From: Candidatus Woesearchaeota archaeon
Lineage (GTDB): Archaea > Nanobdellota > Nanobdellia > Woesearchaeales > GCA-2686295
Direction of reading: 5' to 3'
NCBI GenBank assembly: GCA_002686295.1
Contig: NZBB01000006.1
Span: 2,084-58,771 of the forward strand
Length of the DNA stretch: 56,688 bases
The notes below the pieces were generated by a model. The model made no database searches. It worked only from the letters and a program-made list of their open reading frames with translations, and was not told the origin of the DNA. The position numbers and the translations under genes were made by a program. Shown here in pieces: positions 9,061 through 18,836 of this stretch (position 1 is its first letter; the number at the start of each line of letters is the position of its first letter).

Positions 9061-10434
9061 ATGAGTATAAAAGTATTCAACACACTAACAAGAAAAAAAG
9101 AACTTCTTAAACCATTGAACGGAAATAATATAAACCTGTTTGTATGTGGACCAACGGTTTATGATTTCTCACATATAGGACATGCAAAAACATATGTTCA
9201 ATTTGATGTTATAGTCAGATATTTGAGATATAAAGGGTTCGAAGTGTTCTATTTGCAAAACATCACAGATATTGATGATAAAATAATAAAAAGGGGAAAT
9301 GAGCAAGGAAAAAATCCTATGACAATAGCAAGAAAGTTTGAAAAAGAATATTTGTCAGACATGAAAGAACTCGGCATAACAAGTATTGACAAGTATGCCA
9401 GAGCAACTGATTACATAAAACCAATAATTAAACAGATTAAAACACTATTTGATAAAGGATTTGCTTATGAAACTTCTGATGGAGTTTATTTTGAGATTGA
9501 CAAATTTAAAGACTATGGAAAACTTTGTCATCAACCTCTTGACAAAATAAAAGAAGGTGCACGTGTTTCCGTTAATAAGGAAAAGAAGAACCCATCTGAT
9601 TTCTCACTTTGGAAAAAAGCAAAAATAAACGAGCCGTCATGGGACAGCCCTTGGGGAAAGGGAAGACCTGGTTGGCATATTGAAGACACAGCTATTACAG
9701 AGACAGAGTTTGGCCCTCAATATGATTTGCATGGGGGAGGATCAGATTTAATATTTCCTCATCACGAATCAGAAATTGCTCAAATGGAAGCCTCTTCAGG
9801 AAAGAAACCCTTTGTTAAATATTGGATGCATACAGCGTTCTTAAATATAAAAAAAGAGAAAATGTCAAAATCAGTTGGCAATTTCACAACTATTCGCGAA
9901 GCTTTAAGAAAATGGGATGAAAAAACTTATCGTTTCTATTATGCTTCAACACATTACAGAACTCCGCTTGATTATTCAAATGAAGCAGTAAATAAAGTAA
10001 AACAAGGATTGGAAAGAATAAATGAATTTATTAGAAAAGTAAAAATAGCAAATGGAAAAAAGAAAAACGAAATTGAAAAATTAATTGGGGAAACTTTGGA
10101 TGTTTTTGAGAAGCACATGGATAATGATTTTGATATGCCTCAAGCAATTGCTTCAGTTTATGATTTCATAAGAGCAGTTAATAAATTAGAACTAAGCAAA
10201 CAAAACGGAAAAGCAATAATCGGATTTTTTGAAAAAATAGATTCTGTTCTTGGAGTTATGACTTTTGAAGACTTAGAAGTTCCTTCTGAGATTCAAATAC
10301 TGGCTGAAAAAAGACAAAAAGCGAGAGAAAAAAAAGATTGGGCAACTGCAGATAAAATGCGAGATAAACTAAAAACAAAAGGATATTATATTGATGATAC
10401 TTCAAAAGGCCCTGTTGTTAAAAAGATTTCTTAA
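9061..10434 (+). CDS. cysS: Cysteine--tRNA ligase
   Basis: CGPTVYD, HIGH, GRPGWHIE, DLIFPHHE, KMSKS; start at MSIKVFNTL. Confidence 0.97.
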   Translation: MSIKVFNTLTRKKELLKPLNGNNINLFVCGPTVYDFSHIGHAKTYVQFDVIVRYLRYKGFEVFYLQNITDIDDKIIKRGNEQGKNPMTIARKFEKEYLSDMKELGITSIDKYARATDYIKPIIKQIKTLFDKGFAYETSDGVYFEIDKFKDYGKLCHQPLDKIKEGARVSVNKEKKNPSDFSLWKKAKINEPSWDSPWGKGRPGWHIEDTAITETEFGPQYDLHGGGSDLIFPHHESEIAQMEASSGKKPFVKYWMHTAFLNIKKEKMSKSVGNFTTIREALRKWDEKTYRFYYASTHYRTPLDYSNEAVNKVKQGLERINEFIRKVKIANGKKKNEIEKLIGETLDVFEKHMDNDFDMPQAIASVYDFIRAVNKLELSKQNGKAIIGFFEKIDSVLGVMTFEDLEVPSEIQILAEKRQKAREKKDWATADKMRDKLKTKGYYIDDTSKGPVVKKIS

Positions 10435-12854
10435 GATATAACTTTCACTTCTTCTCCATAGCTAACTTCTTTAATATTATGCATGACTTTCAGATCTTTC
10501 TCTAACTCGCTAATTTTCTTCGGCAAAATAATCTCTTTAATCTCAGCTCTCAAACTTAAATTATTATCTTTTTTATATTTCCAAATGGAGCCATTAACAC
10601 TAACAACATCTTCTGTTGAAATAGAAACTTTTTGATGGTGCTCGACTTCAGGAAATGACTCTTTATGTATATCCTTTCCTCTTAAACCATCATAAATTTT
10701 ATAAGTTATAAATGGGGTTATAGGAGCCAATAGTTTCAGCAAAATGTCCAAACAATAATTTAATGTGAACAAAGTAGCATTTTGTTGCTCAAAAGAGAAT
10801 TTTTTATCCTTATTATAAGCACGAATTTTTACCAACTCTAAGTAATGCGAGGCAAATGTTTCCCATATGAAATGTTTTATTTTTATAGCTGGATTGTGAA
10901 AATCATAAATAGAATACTTCTTTTTTGCAAACTTTACTATCTTATTCAACTCGTTGATTATCCACTTGTCAACTTCTTGAAAATCAATTTCTCCTTTTGG
11001 TTCTGGAAATAAACTTATGAATCTTGCAACATTCCAAAGTTTTGTTAAAGTTTTTCCTGCTCCTTCAATCCTGTCAAATGAACATCTAAAGTCTGTACGG
11101 TCAAGATTTCCTTCTATCGCACTCCAAAGTCTAAATGGTTCTGCGCCAAACTGTTCTATTACTTTTTGCGGATTAATAACATTTCCTTTACTTTTACTCA
11201 TCTTATGCCCTTTATCATCAACTATGTGGTAGTTTATCCAGACATCTTCAAATATTAGTTCTCCTGTTAACAAATAATCTTTTAAAACTGTATAGTACAG
11301 CCAAGTTCTTACTATTTCTTTCCCCTGAGGTCTTAAAGAGCAAGGTTTTGACTTCTTGAAAAAATCGTTGTCTTTTGAATATTTTAATATGTATAGAGGA
11401 GTTATTGATGAGTCAAACCAAGTGTCAAAAACTCTTGTTTCACCAACCCATTTACTTTTCTTGAAATCTTTTACAAGCCCAATTTGTTTGTTTTTCTTGA
11501 AAACAACTGCTTCTTTTGGTGGCTGTTCCTTCCAAGGTCTATAGTATTTCCCTTTCGGAGCTAAAGCAGTATAATCATTTTCATTGTCATGCCATAAAGG
11601 TATTTCAGTTGCATAATATCTTCTTCTTGATATCGGCCAATCTATATTTACAGAATCTATCCAGTCTAGTAGTATCTGTTTGCTTCTTGGAGCATAAAAA
11701 CTTAATTTTTTAGCCAAAAGTCTTATCTTATTTTTGAACTCTACTTGCTTTACATAGAACTCTTCCATGTTGATGAATTCTATCGGGTCTTTGCTTCTCT
11801 CACAAACAGGCGTTCTATGAACTAATCTTTTCTGTTTCACAAGCAAACCTTTTTTATCAAGCTCTTCTATTATCTTTTTTTGAGCTTCCTTAATCTTCAA
11901 ACCCTTTAGAAAGCCGGCATGCTTGTTCATTGTTCCATCTTTGTCGATTGCTATACTTGGCTTTAATTGCAGCTCCCTAAAAAATCTTATATCGGTAACA
12001 TCTCCGAAAGAACACATCATCATTATACCTGTTCCTTTGTCTATTTCTGCAGACGGATGGGCCTTTATTGGTATCTCTTTTTCATAAATTGGTGTTATCG
12101 CGGTTTTTCCTTCTAAATGTTTATAGCGTTCATCATCTGGATTGAATATAATCATTCCACACGAGCATATCAATTCTGGTCTTGTTGTTGCAATAATTAG
12201 TTTCTCTCCTGTTTCTTTGACCTTGAACTTTACATCATTGAAAAAAGAAACTAAATCCATATGTTCAATTTCTGCATCAGCTATTGTTGTCTGACATCCT
12301 GGACACCAATTGTTTGCCCTTACATGTTCATAAATTAATCCTTTATTCCACATATCTATAAAAGTTTCTTGTGTTAAAGAACGATATTCTGGCGAATCCG
12401 TGTGGTAAATATCTCCTGGCTCGTTTCCTTTTTTCCATGAATTAAAACTTATTCCTGAAATTAGAAAAGTGTCTGTTGAAGCAATAGAGCTTTCTTCTAA
12501 GATTTTTTCACAGTAATCTATTGCTTTTTTTCTTGATAATTCTTTTAATCTGACTCCAAATTTTTTTTCAGCAGCCATCTCTATCGGCAGACCATTTCTG
12601 TCAAGACCTAATGGAAACAACACATTTTCACCCATCATCCTTCTAAATCTTGCAAAGAAATCCATTAATACATATGTAGTTGCTTGACCTATATGGACGG
12701 GCGTATTGACATATGGTGGTGGAGTATCAATTGAATAAACTTTTTTTTTGCTTTTCTTGTCAAAAACATAAGTTTTGTCCTTTTTCCATTTCTCATATAT
12801 TGATTTCTCAAAATCCTTACTCCAGTGTTTTCCTTTCAATCTTGGTTCTGTCAT
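10431..12854 (-). CDS. valS: Valine--tRNA ligase
   Basis: DTPPPY, HIGQ, ATTRPE, GTG, DWPISR, DTWFDSS, RPQGKEI, KMSKS. Confidence 0.95.
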   Translation of the reverse strand: MTEPRLKGKHWSKDFEKSIYEKWKKDKTYVFDKKSKKKVYSIDTPPPYVNTPVHIGQATTYVLMDFFARFRRMMGENVLFPLGLDRNGLPIEMAAEKKFGVRLKELSRKKAIDYCEKILEESSIASTDTFLISGISFNSWKKGNEPGDIYHTDSPEYRSLTQETFIDMWNKGLIYEHVRANNWCPGCQTTIADAEIEHMDLVSFFNDVKFKVKETGEKLIIATTRPELICSCGMIIFNPDDERYKHLEGKTAITPIYEKEIPIKAHPSAEIDKGTGIMMMCSFGDVTDIRFFRELQLKPSIAIDKDGTMNKHAGFLKGLKIKEAQKKIIEELDKKGLLVKQKRLVHRTPVCERSKDPIEFINMEEFYVKQVEFKNKIRLLAKKLSFYAPRSKQILLDWIDSVNIDWPISRRRYYATEIPLWHDNENDYTALAPKGKYYRPWKEQPPKEAVVFKKNKQIGLVKDFKKSKWVGETRVFDTWFDSSITPLYILKYSKDNDFFKKSKPCSLRPQGKEIVRTWLYYTVLKDYLLTGELIFEDVWINYHIVDDKGHKMSKSKGNVINPQKVIEQFGAEPFRLWSAIEGNLDRTDFRCSFDRIEGAGKTLTKLWNVARFISLFPEPKGEIDFQEVDKWIINELNKIVKFAKKKYSIYDFHNPAIKIKHFIWETFASHYLELVKIRAYNKDKKFSFEQQNATLFTLNYCLDILLKLLAPITPFITYKIYDGLRGKDIHKESFPEVEHHQKVSISTEDVVSVNGSIWKYKKDNNLSLRAEIKEIILPKKISELEKDLKVMHNIKEVSYGEEVKVIS

Positions 12855-12944
12855 GTTATTAGTAGTATGAGGAAATTATTTATAAAAGTTATTAAAGATT
12901 GTTAGAAAAGATTTTAAAAGAAAAAACAACTACCATAAATTAAT

Positions 12945-13037
12945 GGACCTATAGCCTAGAGGTTTAAAATCGGGCAATCTGGATAAGGCATCAGCCTTCT
13001 AAGCTGAGGATCGGGGGTTCGAATCCCTCTAGGTCCA
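12945..13037 (+). tRNA. tRNA-Arg(TCT) with an 18-nt D-loop intron (12960-12977, position 15/16)
   Basis: Acceptor GGACCTA/TAGGTCC, anticodon arm TCAGC-CTTCTAA-GCTGA, TTCGAAT T-loop; intron removal restores TAGCCTAGTCTGGATAAGGC. Confidence 0.92.
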
Positions 13038-13150
13038 TATTTTTCTAAAAAATAAAGTATCGCGACTAATAAGCAACATAACACAAACACTTATTTGTGT
13101 TGTTCTAAAAATGCAATGATAATTATTATGATCAAACTCAAACAAGATTT

Positions 13151-13212
13151 TACTTACAATGTAAGTAGAAGTTTTATTTTTCAAACAAAAAGAAATACTT
13201 ACAATGTAAGTA
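13151..13212. repeat. Two identical 17-bp palindromes TACTTACA-A-TGTAAGTA (13151-13167, 13196-13212)
   Basis: Read directly; 45-bp period; second copy extends to a 21-bp palindrome. Confidence 0.9.
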
Positions 13213-13284
13213 TTAAATGCTCTTCATACAACGAACAACAACTAGTAAGCTTTATAAAAAAAAGAACGTTTCAGTCTATATATC

Positions 13285-13357
13285 GCAGGAGTGGCCAAAC
13301 GGCTAAGGCGAGCGCCTGCAGAGCGCTAGGTTGGGGGTTCGAATCCCTCCTCCTGCT
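13285..13357 (+). tRNA. tRNA-Cys(GCA)
   Basis: GCAGGAG/CTCCTGC acceptor, AGCGC-CTGCAGA-GCGCT arm, U discriminator; TTTATAAA upstream at 13251. Confidence 0.95.
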
Positions 13358-13374
13358 TTTCATACAATATTCAA

Positions 13375-14139
13375 ATGGCAAAAAAACTTCTATTGAAAAA
13401 AGAGAGAAAAGTACAAGTGAAAAACAGAGAAATAGTTCTTTCAAAATTCGAGAAACATTTAGTTGATGAAAACAAGGATTTCAGCACTTCATACGGAAAA
13501 ATAACTAAAAAAGACTTGAAAAAAACAACCTTCAAAGTTGGAAAAGAAGAATTCTTTGTTATGAAACCATTTTTCATCGACAGCTATAAACAATTGAAAA
13601 GACTCGCACAGATAATAACTCTAAAAGATATATCTGCGATAATAGCCAATACAGGCATAAACAACAAATCAAAAGTTTTAGAGTCAGGTGTTGGATCAGG
13701 TGCATTTATTTGTTTTACAGCAACGATTGCAAAAAAAGTTATTGGCTACGAAATAAATAAAAAACATTTAGAAGTTGCTAAAGAAAATCTGAAGAAATTG
13801 TCTTTGAAAAATGTTGAATTAAAGAAAGCAGACTTCTATGATACTAACAAAATTAAAGAAAAGGATGTTGATGTTGTGCTTCTAGACCTTCCGGAGACAT
13901 GGAAAGCAATAAAAACCACAGAGAAAGTTTTGAAAACAGGCGGATTCGTTGTATCTTACAACCCAAACATTTCTCAAGCCCAAAAATTTGTTAATTCATT
14001 ATCTGAAAAATTTTTATATGAAAAAACCGTTGAAATCATAGAAAGAGAATGGACTGTTAAGGAAACAGTTTTAAGACCAAAAACAAAGGATTTTGGCCAT
14101 ACGGCCTTCTTGAGTTTTGCAAGAAAGATAAAGATTTAA
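13375..14139 (+). CDS. trmI: tRNA (adenine-N1) m1A58 methyltransferase
   Basis: KRLAQII, ESGVGSG, LDLPETW, LRP, GHTAFL. Confidence 0.9.
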   Translation: MAKKLLLKKERKVQVKNREIVLSKFEKHLVDENKDFSTSYGKITKKDLKKTTFKVGKEEFFVMKPFFIDSYKQLKRLAQIITLKDISAIIANTGINNKSKVLESGVGSGAFICFTATIAKKVIGYEINKKHLEVAKENLKKLSLKNVELKKADFYDTNKIKEKDVDVVLLDLPETWKAIKTTEKVLKTGGFVVSYNPNISQAQKFVNSLSEKFLYEKTVEIIEREWTVKETVLRPKTKDFGHTAFLSFARKIKI

Positions 14140-14180
14140 ATAAAAGATTTATTTTCAATAACTATGAGAGGGATAAAAAA

Positions 14181-14408
14181 ATGTTAGCATATGTCTTAAT
14201 CGGATTACTTGAATGTGATGAAAAAAAGTGCCTTGATGAACTATTATCATTCAAAGAAGTATTGGAAGGACACATACTATTTGGTGAATGGGATTTGCTT
14301 GTAAAAATTAAATCTAAAAGTCCAGAAGACACAGGAACTTTTGTAATGGAAAATATAAGATCCATGCCAGACGTGAAGATAACTAGTACTTTAATTGTTG
14401 CTAGATAA
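14181..14408 (+). CDS. Stand-alone Lrp/AsnC ligand-binding (RAM) domain
   Basis: AYVLI, FGEWDLLVK, IRSMPDV, TSTLI; no HTH. Confidence 0.85.
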   Translation: MLAYVLIGLLECDEKKCLDELLSFKEVLEGHILFGEWDLLVKIKSKSPEDTGTFVMENIRSMPDVKITSTLIVAR

Positions 14409-14417
14409 AAAACTTTT

Positions 14418-14972
14418 TTAATATTTCCATTTTATGCTACAACCCATAGAAGGATTTTCTTCAACAGTTATTTTTCCAGAGTTTAAAAATTGATCTATGG
14501 CCTCATATAATTCATGTCTGTTAACTGGTTCGGAACCATGAGAATCATCTATTCTTCCCCTGAAAACAAGTTTGAAATTATTGTCAAAGAGAAAAATATC
14601 CGGTGTACATACTGCACCGTAAGCTTTAGCAATATCCTGACTTTCATCTCTTAAATAAACAAAATTCATGTTTTTTTCCTCAACCATTAGCACCATCTTC
14701 TCAAAACTATCTTCAGGATAATTATCATCTTCATTAGAATTAATAGCCACCACTGCTAAACCTTCATCTTTATAATCAGCAGTTATTCTTTTTAACTCAT
14801 CAATTTTCGGCTTTACATAAGGACAATGATTGCACATAAAAATAACGAGCAAAGCTTTTGAACCATTGAAACTTTCTAAAGAATAATTTTTTCCATTAGT
14901 TGCAGATAAAGAAAAAGAAGGAGCAGAATCTCCGTGTTTTAATACTTCATAATCAGATTTCATCAAAACCAT
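14418..14972 (-). CDS. Thioredoxin-fold AhpC/TSA-like protein
   Basis: APSFSL, CNHCPYV, YPEDS, CTPD, GRIDD, GCSIKW. Confidence 0.9.
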   Translation of the reverse strand: MVLMKSDYEVLKHGDSAPSFSLSATNGKNYSLESFNGSKALLVIFMCNHCPYVKPKIDELKRITADYKDEGLAVVAINSNEDDNYPEDSFEKMVLMVEEKNMNFVYLRDESQDIAKAYGAVCTPDIFLFDNNFKLVFRGRIDDSHGSEPVNRHELYEAIDQFLNSGKITVEENPSMGCSIKWKY

Positions 14973-14974
14973 TT

Positions 14975-15065
14975 AATCACCTCAAAACAAACAATAACAA
15001 AAAAATACAAAAAAACAATATAAAAAAACTATTGTATAACAAAACACATATTAAAGAACAACAAT
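14975..15065 (-). repeat. Duplicated intergenic promoter/UTR cassette, copy 1
   Basis: Colinear similarity to 21728-21814, including GAGGTGATT SD on the minus strand. Confidence 0.8.
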
Positions 15066-15694
15066 CATTTCTTCAATTTATTTAAAAATAATTGAGGAAG
15101 CACAGATATAATTGATAATATTAAAGAACCAAACAACACACGGATAAAAAAATCTTTGAAAAATTTTTCCGGAAACAATGTTATTAATAATGATTCGCTT
15201 GAAAAAAGATAGTTTCCCTGAGGAAAAAATAATTTGTGAAATCCGTCAAAAGTTATCGAGAAGTTAAGACTTGCAAAGAACAACAATGATAAAAAAACAA
15301 AGCTACAAATACCTGATAAGAATAAAGCTTTGAAAAATTCGTCCTGAAAATTCTTTGATAAAGCATATAAGCCAATTAGAGAGACAAATAATAAAGCAAT
15401 TGAAACCTTTAATAATAAAAAAAGCTTTTTAAAGAGGATCCGCACATCTTCTAAATGAGCTTTTTCATCGCTTGAGAAATAAAATAATTCTTCCTCTTCG
15501 TTAAAAAAAAATAACAAATTTAAAAGAATTAATTTCACTTCAGACATATCCATGTTTTCATAAACATTGTTTTTTTCAAATAAAGAAAAATAATTTTGTT
15601 CGCAAAAAACAAGCAATTTCAAAGGCAGAAAAAGTATTAAAATAATAAAAAACAAAATTGAGCTCAAAAAAAATATTTTTTTAGTCATTTTCAT
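15065..15694 (-). CDS. DUF1461/TIGR01906 membrane protein (Lit-like)
   Basis: Four TM segments; EKAHLEDV, FHKLFF, LLITLFPEKFF. Confidence 0.8.
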   Translation of the reverse strand: MKMTKKIFFLSSILFFIILILFLPLKLLVFCEQNYFSLFEKNNVYENMDMSEVKLILLNLLFFFNEEEELFYFSSDEKAHLEDVRILFKKLFLLLKVSIALLFVSLIGLYALSKNFQDEFFKALFLSGICSFVFLSLLFFASLNFSITFDGFHKLFFPQGNYLFSSESLLITLFPEKFFKDFFIRVLFGSLILSIISVLPQLFLNKLKK

Positions 15695-15713
15695 AGTATT
15701 TTCAATAACAACA

Positions 15714-15753
15714 AAATTCTTCCGAAAAAAATTGGCAAACGCTTATTAAGAAT
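15714..15753 (+). promoter_or_regulatory. TTCCGAAAAAAA motif plus TATA-like box, shared with the PLD promoter
   Basis: Same motif and same spacing to AAGAAT as at 33845-33883. Confidence 0.55.
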
Positions 15754-15771
15754 AAAAAGAAAACCTACTAA

Positions 15772-17010
15772 ATGAAAAAGTTTGCGTTTTTCATAATAAT
15801 AACAATAACAATAACAATAATTGCATTATCAGAACAAGCATTTGCATCAATAATAATTTCAGAAGTACTTTATAATCCTTTTAGTAGCGAACACGGAGGA
15901 GAAGCAATATTATTATACAATCCAACAGCAAATAACATTAACCTATCTGGATGGAGCATAGCCACAAAGTTCTCATATTCAGACGCAACTCTGCCCCCTA
16001 TTGCAATACTGGCCGGAGGATACTTGTTGATAGCAGATAATAATTTTAGCTTAAACAAGGATAATCCTTTCTGGCCAGATGCAGACTATGAAGAAGAAAT
16101 AACTCTCTCAAACAGCAATGCAGGTATTGCATTAATAAATCAAACTAAAATAATAGATGCAATAGGATGGGGATTAATAGAAGATGAAAACTTGTTTGAA
16201 AACAATCCTCATCCAGGAACTAATGAAGGACAAAGCCTACGCAGAATAAACAACCAAGACACAAATAACAACTCAGCAGATTTCAACGCTACAACACCAT
16301 TTTTCTATGAACAAAATAACTCAGAAATAAACATAGACTTAGAAATAAACATAACAAACAATTATAACTTTAGTTTTCAAATAAATAGAGATGACAATCT
16401 TTCAAAAGAAGGAAACCAAATAATGCCTATAGCCGGAGAAAACAAAACCTTTGAAGTGACAATAAAAACGAATAATTGTAGTAAAACAGCAACTGCAACA
16501 CTAGAAAACAATAATTATGAACTAAAAAAAATATTCTATAATGAAACAACAAATATTTTCAAAGGAAATCTCTCAATGAATTACTGGACAGAGTCTGGAA
16601 ACTACATCATAACAACAACATTAACAGATTGTGAAGGAACAAACCATTCAAAAACAGAATTTTTTGAATATGAAAGCTTAACATCAATAACTGCTAATAG
16701 TTCTTTAAAATTAGATGCAGAAAAAGGCACAACAGCCATGAAAACAATAACTGTAAAAAATACTGGTAATGAAGAAGCATTGATAAAAATCAAGAGTACA
16801 AATCCAACAAGTGGACAAACAGAGATTGATGCTGACAAAATAGAATTCTCAATTGACAATTTTGAAACAATTCAAACAATGAACAACAATTTCATAAATA
16901 TAAACGAATTCTTAAATGTTCAAGAAGAATTGAGCATTAATCTCAGAATAAATACTGAAAATATTTCAGAAGGATATTATTCTGGAGAAATAACGCTTGA
17001 TTACACATAA
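15772..17010 (+). CDS. Secreted lamin-tail-domain protein with Ig-like domains
   Basis: Signal peptide; IIISEVLYNP, LYNPT, INLSGW, LSN, DAIGW, SLRR, DTNNNSADF. Confidence 0.82.
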   Translation: MKKFAFFIIITITITIIALSEQAFASIIISEVLYNPFSSEHGGEAILLYNPTANNINLSGWSIATKFSYSDATLPPIAILAGGYLLIADNNFSLNKDNPFWPDADYEEEITLSNSNAGIALINQTKIIDAIGWGLIEDENLFENNPHPGTNEGQSLRRINNQDTNNNSADFNATTPFFYEQNNSEINIDLEINITNNYNFSFQINRDDNLSKEGNQIMPIAGENKTFEVTIKTNNCSKTATATLENNNYELKKIFYNETTNIFKGNLSMNYWTESGNYIITTTLTDCEGTNHSKTEFFEYESLTSITANSSLKLDAEKGTTAMKTITVKNTGNEEALIKIKSTNPTSGQTEIDADKIEFSIDNFETIQTMNNNFININEFLNVQEELSINLRINTENISEGYYSGEITLDYT

Positions 17011-18764
17011 TAAAATTTTTCTTTAGATTTTTGTTCTCTATCAAGTCTTGAATTAAGCTTGTTAGCTCTTGGACGATTATTTTCTTCATCGCGTCTAAAA
17101 GTTAATTTTAAATCTTTCAAAAAAACGTTCATACCGTCTTCCATCTCAAAAGGACCGTTAACAAAACCTTGTACTGCTGGTTCACCATCAAAAACAACTA
17201 ATTGATCTGATAAGTAATCAAGAAACAACAAATCATGATCAACTATTAAAACTGCTCTTTCTGTCTGTTTTACAACGTCTTTGATGACTTTTGAAATTAT
17301 TAATCTTTCCTCCACATCCAAGTATGCTGATGGCTCATCCATCAACATTATGTCAGAATCCTCAGCCAAACACTTAGCAATCATTACTCTCTGCAATTCT
17401 CCTCCACTTAACTCAGAAGATTTTTGAAGCAATAAATCTTTTAATCTCAATGGATCAATTAGTAAAGAACCATATTTTTCAATCGCTCTTTTAAGAATTG
17501 AAGTGACTTGTTCATCATCAGAAACCAAGTATTGTGGCTTATAAGCAACTTTTAATTTTTCTATTTTGTTAGAACTATCAATTTCTCCTGCAAGCAGTTT
17601 TACAAACGTTGTTTTTCCAATGCCATTTTCTCCCAAAACACCAACTGTTTCTTCATGGTAGATTTTTCCTTCTTTCACTCCAAGTTTGAAAGAACCGATT
17701 GAATGTTCAAATTCATTCCATTTAACAAGTTCAGATGAGGATCTTTTTTTAATTGGTGCTTTTTTCAAAAATTTTATTTCATTGGCTCTGAATCGAACAT
17801 TTTCCTCTTTAAGATATCCTGAAAGATAAACATTAATGCCTGCTTTAGTTGTTTTTATTGAAGAAACCACTCCGAAAGCAGTCGCTTTTCCATACATTAA
17901 ATGAATGAAATCAGTCATGTAATCAAGTATTATCAAATCGTGTTCAATCACTATTACAGCAGTGTTTTCATCCGCCATTTCTCTGATAAATTTTGATATT
18001 TTCAAACGCTGTTTAATATCAAGATAAGATGTTGGTTCGTCAAAAAAGTAAATATTCGCTTTTTTCAGCACTGTTGCAGCTATCGCAACTCTCTGCAATT
18101 CACCACCAGAAATATTCTTTAAATCATGATCTAAAATTTTTGTAAGCTCTAGTGTTTTAGCTATTTCTGAAAGTTTTTTTTTCTCATCAACTTTGGTCAA
18201 CAATTCTTTTACAGAACCACAGAAATTTTTTGGTATTAAATCTACTTGTTGAGGTTTGTAAGCAATTTTTATTTTTTGCTTATTTTTCTTCTCAAAAAAT
18301 ATTTGTGCTTCACTCCCTTTGAAATAATCTATTAATTCTTTGTAGCTTGCTTCATAAGATTCTTTATCAGTTCTTCCAAGGTTTGGCTTTAAAACACCAG
18401 CCAATATTTTAACGGCTGTTGATTTTCCAATACCATTTCTACCTATTATTCCAACAACTTTTCCAAACATTGGTGTTGGCAGATTGTAAAGTGCAAATCC
18501 GTTCTTTCCATATCTATGTATTGGTTCTTTATCAAGCTCTTCAGGTAGGTTAACCATCTCTAAAGCATTAAAAGGACATTTATTGGCTGCAATCCTATCA
18601 CCGTCAGTTATTACTTCTTCATTAACTTCTACTTTTCCATCTGCAGATTTCACAATGGCATCTTTTCCCATTCTGTTGCTAGGACTCACTCTAATACACA
18701 GGTATCCTCCACAACTCTCAGGGTTGCATTTCTCCTTCTTAACAATCATAATCCTTTTAGTCAT
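17001..18764 (-). CDS. rli: Ribosome recycling ATPase ABCE1/RLI
   Basis: Two NBDs (GRNGIGKS, GENGIGKT, SGGELQR twice), HRYG, TFRRD..RPRANK hinge; reduced Fe-S domain. Confidence 0.97.
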   Translation of the reverse strand: MTKRIMIVKKEKCNPESCGGYLCIRVSPSNRMGKDAIVKSADGKVEVNEEVITDGDRIAANKCPFNALEMVNLPEELDKEPIHRYGKNGFALYNLPTPMFGKVVGIIGRNGIGKSTAVKILAGVLKPNLGRTDKESYEASYKELIDYFKGSEAQIFFEKKNKQKIKIAYKPQQVDLIPKNFCGSVKELLTKVDEKKKLSEIAKTLELTKILDHDLKNISGGELQRVAIAATVLKKANIYFFDEPTSYLDIKQRLKISKFIREMADENTAVIVIEHDLIILDYMTDFIHLMYGKATAFGVVSSIKTTKAGINVYLSGYLKEENVRFRANEIKFLKKAPIKKRSSSELVKWNEFEHSIGSFKLGVKEGKIYHEETVGVLGENGIGKTTFVKLLAGEIDSSNKIEKLKVAYKPQYLVSDDEQVTSILKRAIEKYGSLLIDPLRLKDLLLQKSSELSGGELQRVMIAKCLAEDSDIMLMDEPSAYLDVEERLIISKVIKDVVKQTERAVLIVDHDLLFLDYLSDQLVVFDGEPAVQGFVNGPFEMEDGMNVFLKDLKLTFRRDEENNRPRANKLNSRLDREQKSKEKFYYV

Positions 18765-18836
18765 AAATGAAAGTTGTGATTATTGATATATAAAGCTATC
18801 CACTAACTTTAAATACATATAAATTTTTTTAAGAGT

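Noticed and set aside
12680..12700. ValRS HIGQ instead of HIGH
   Set aside because: Single tolerated variant; all other motifs are intact
13151..13212. Mini CRISPR array interpretation of the twin palindromes
   Set aside because: Only two 17-bp units, too short for CRISPR repeats, with a low-complexity spacer and no cas genes in the window
13095..13466. 123-aa ORF in the track
   Set aside because: Runs through tRNA-Cys and overlaps trmI out of frame
15794..15820. ATAACA microsatellite in the lamin-tail protein signal peptide
   Set aside because: Short and in frame (ITITIT), with no evidence of function
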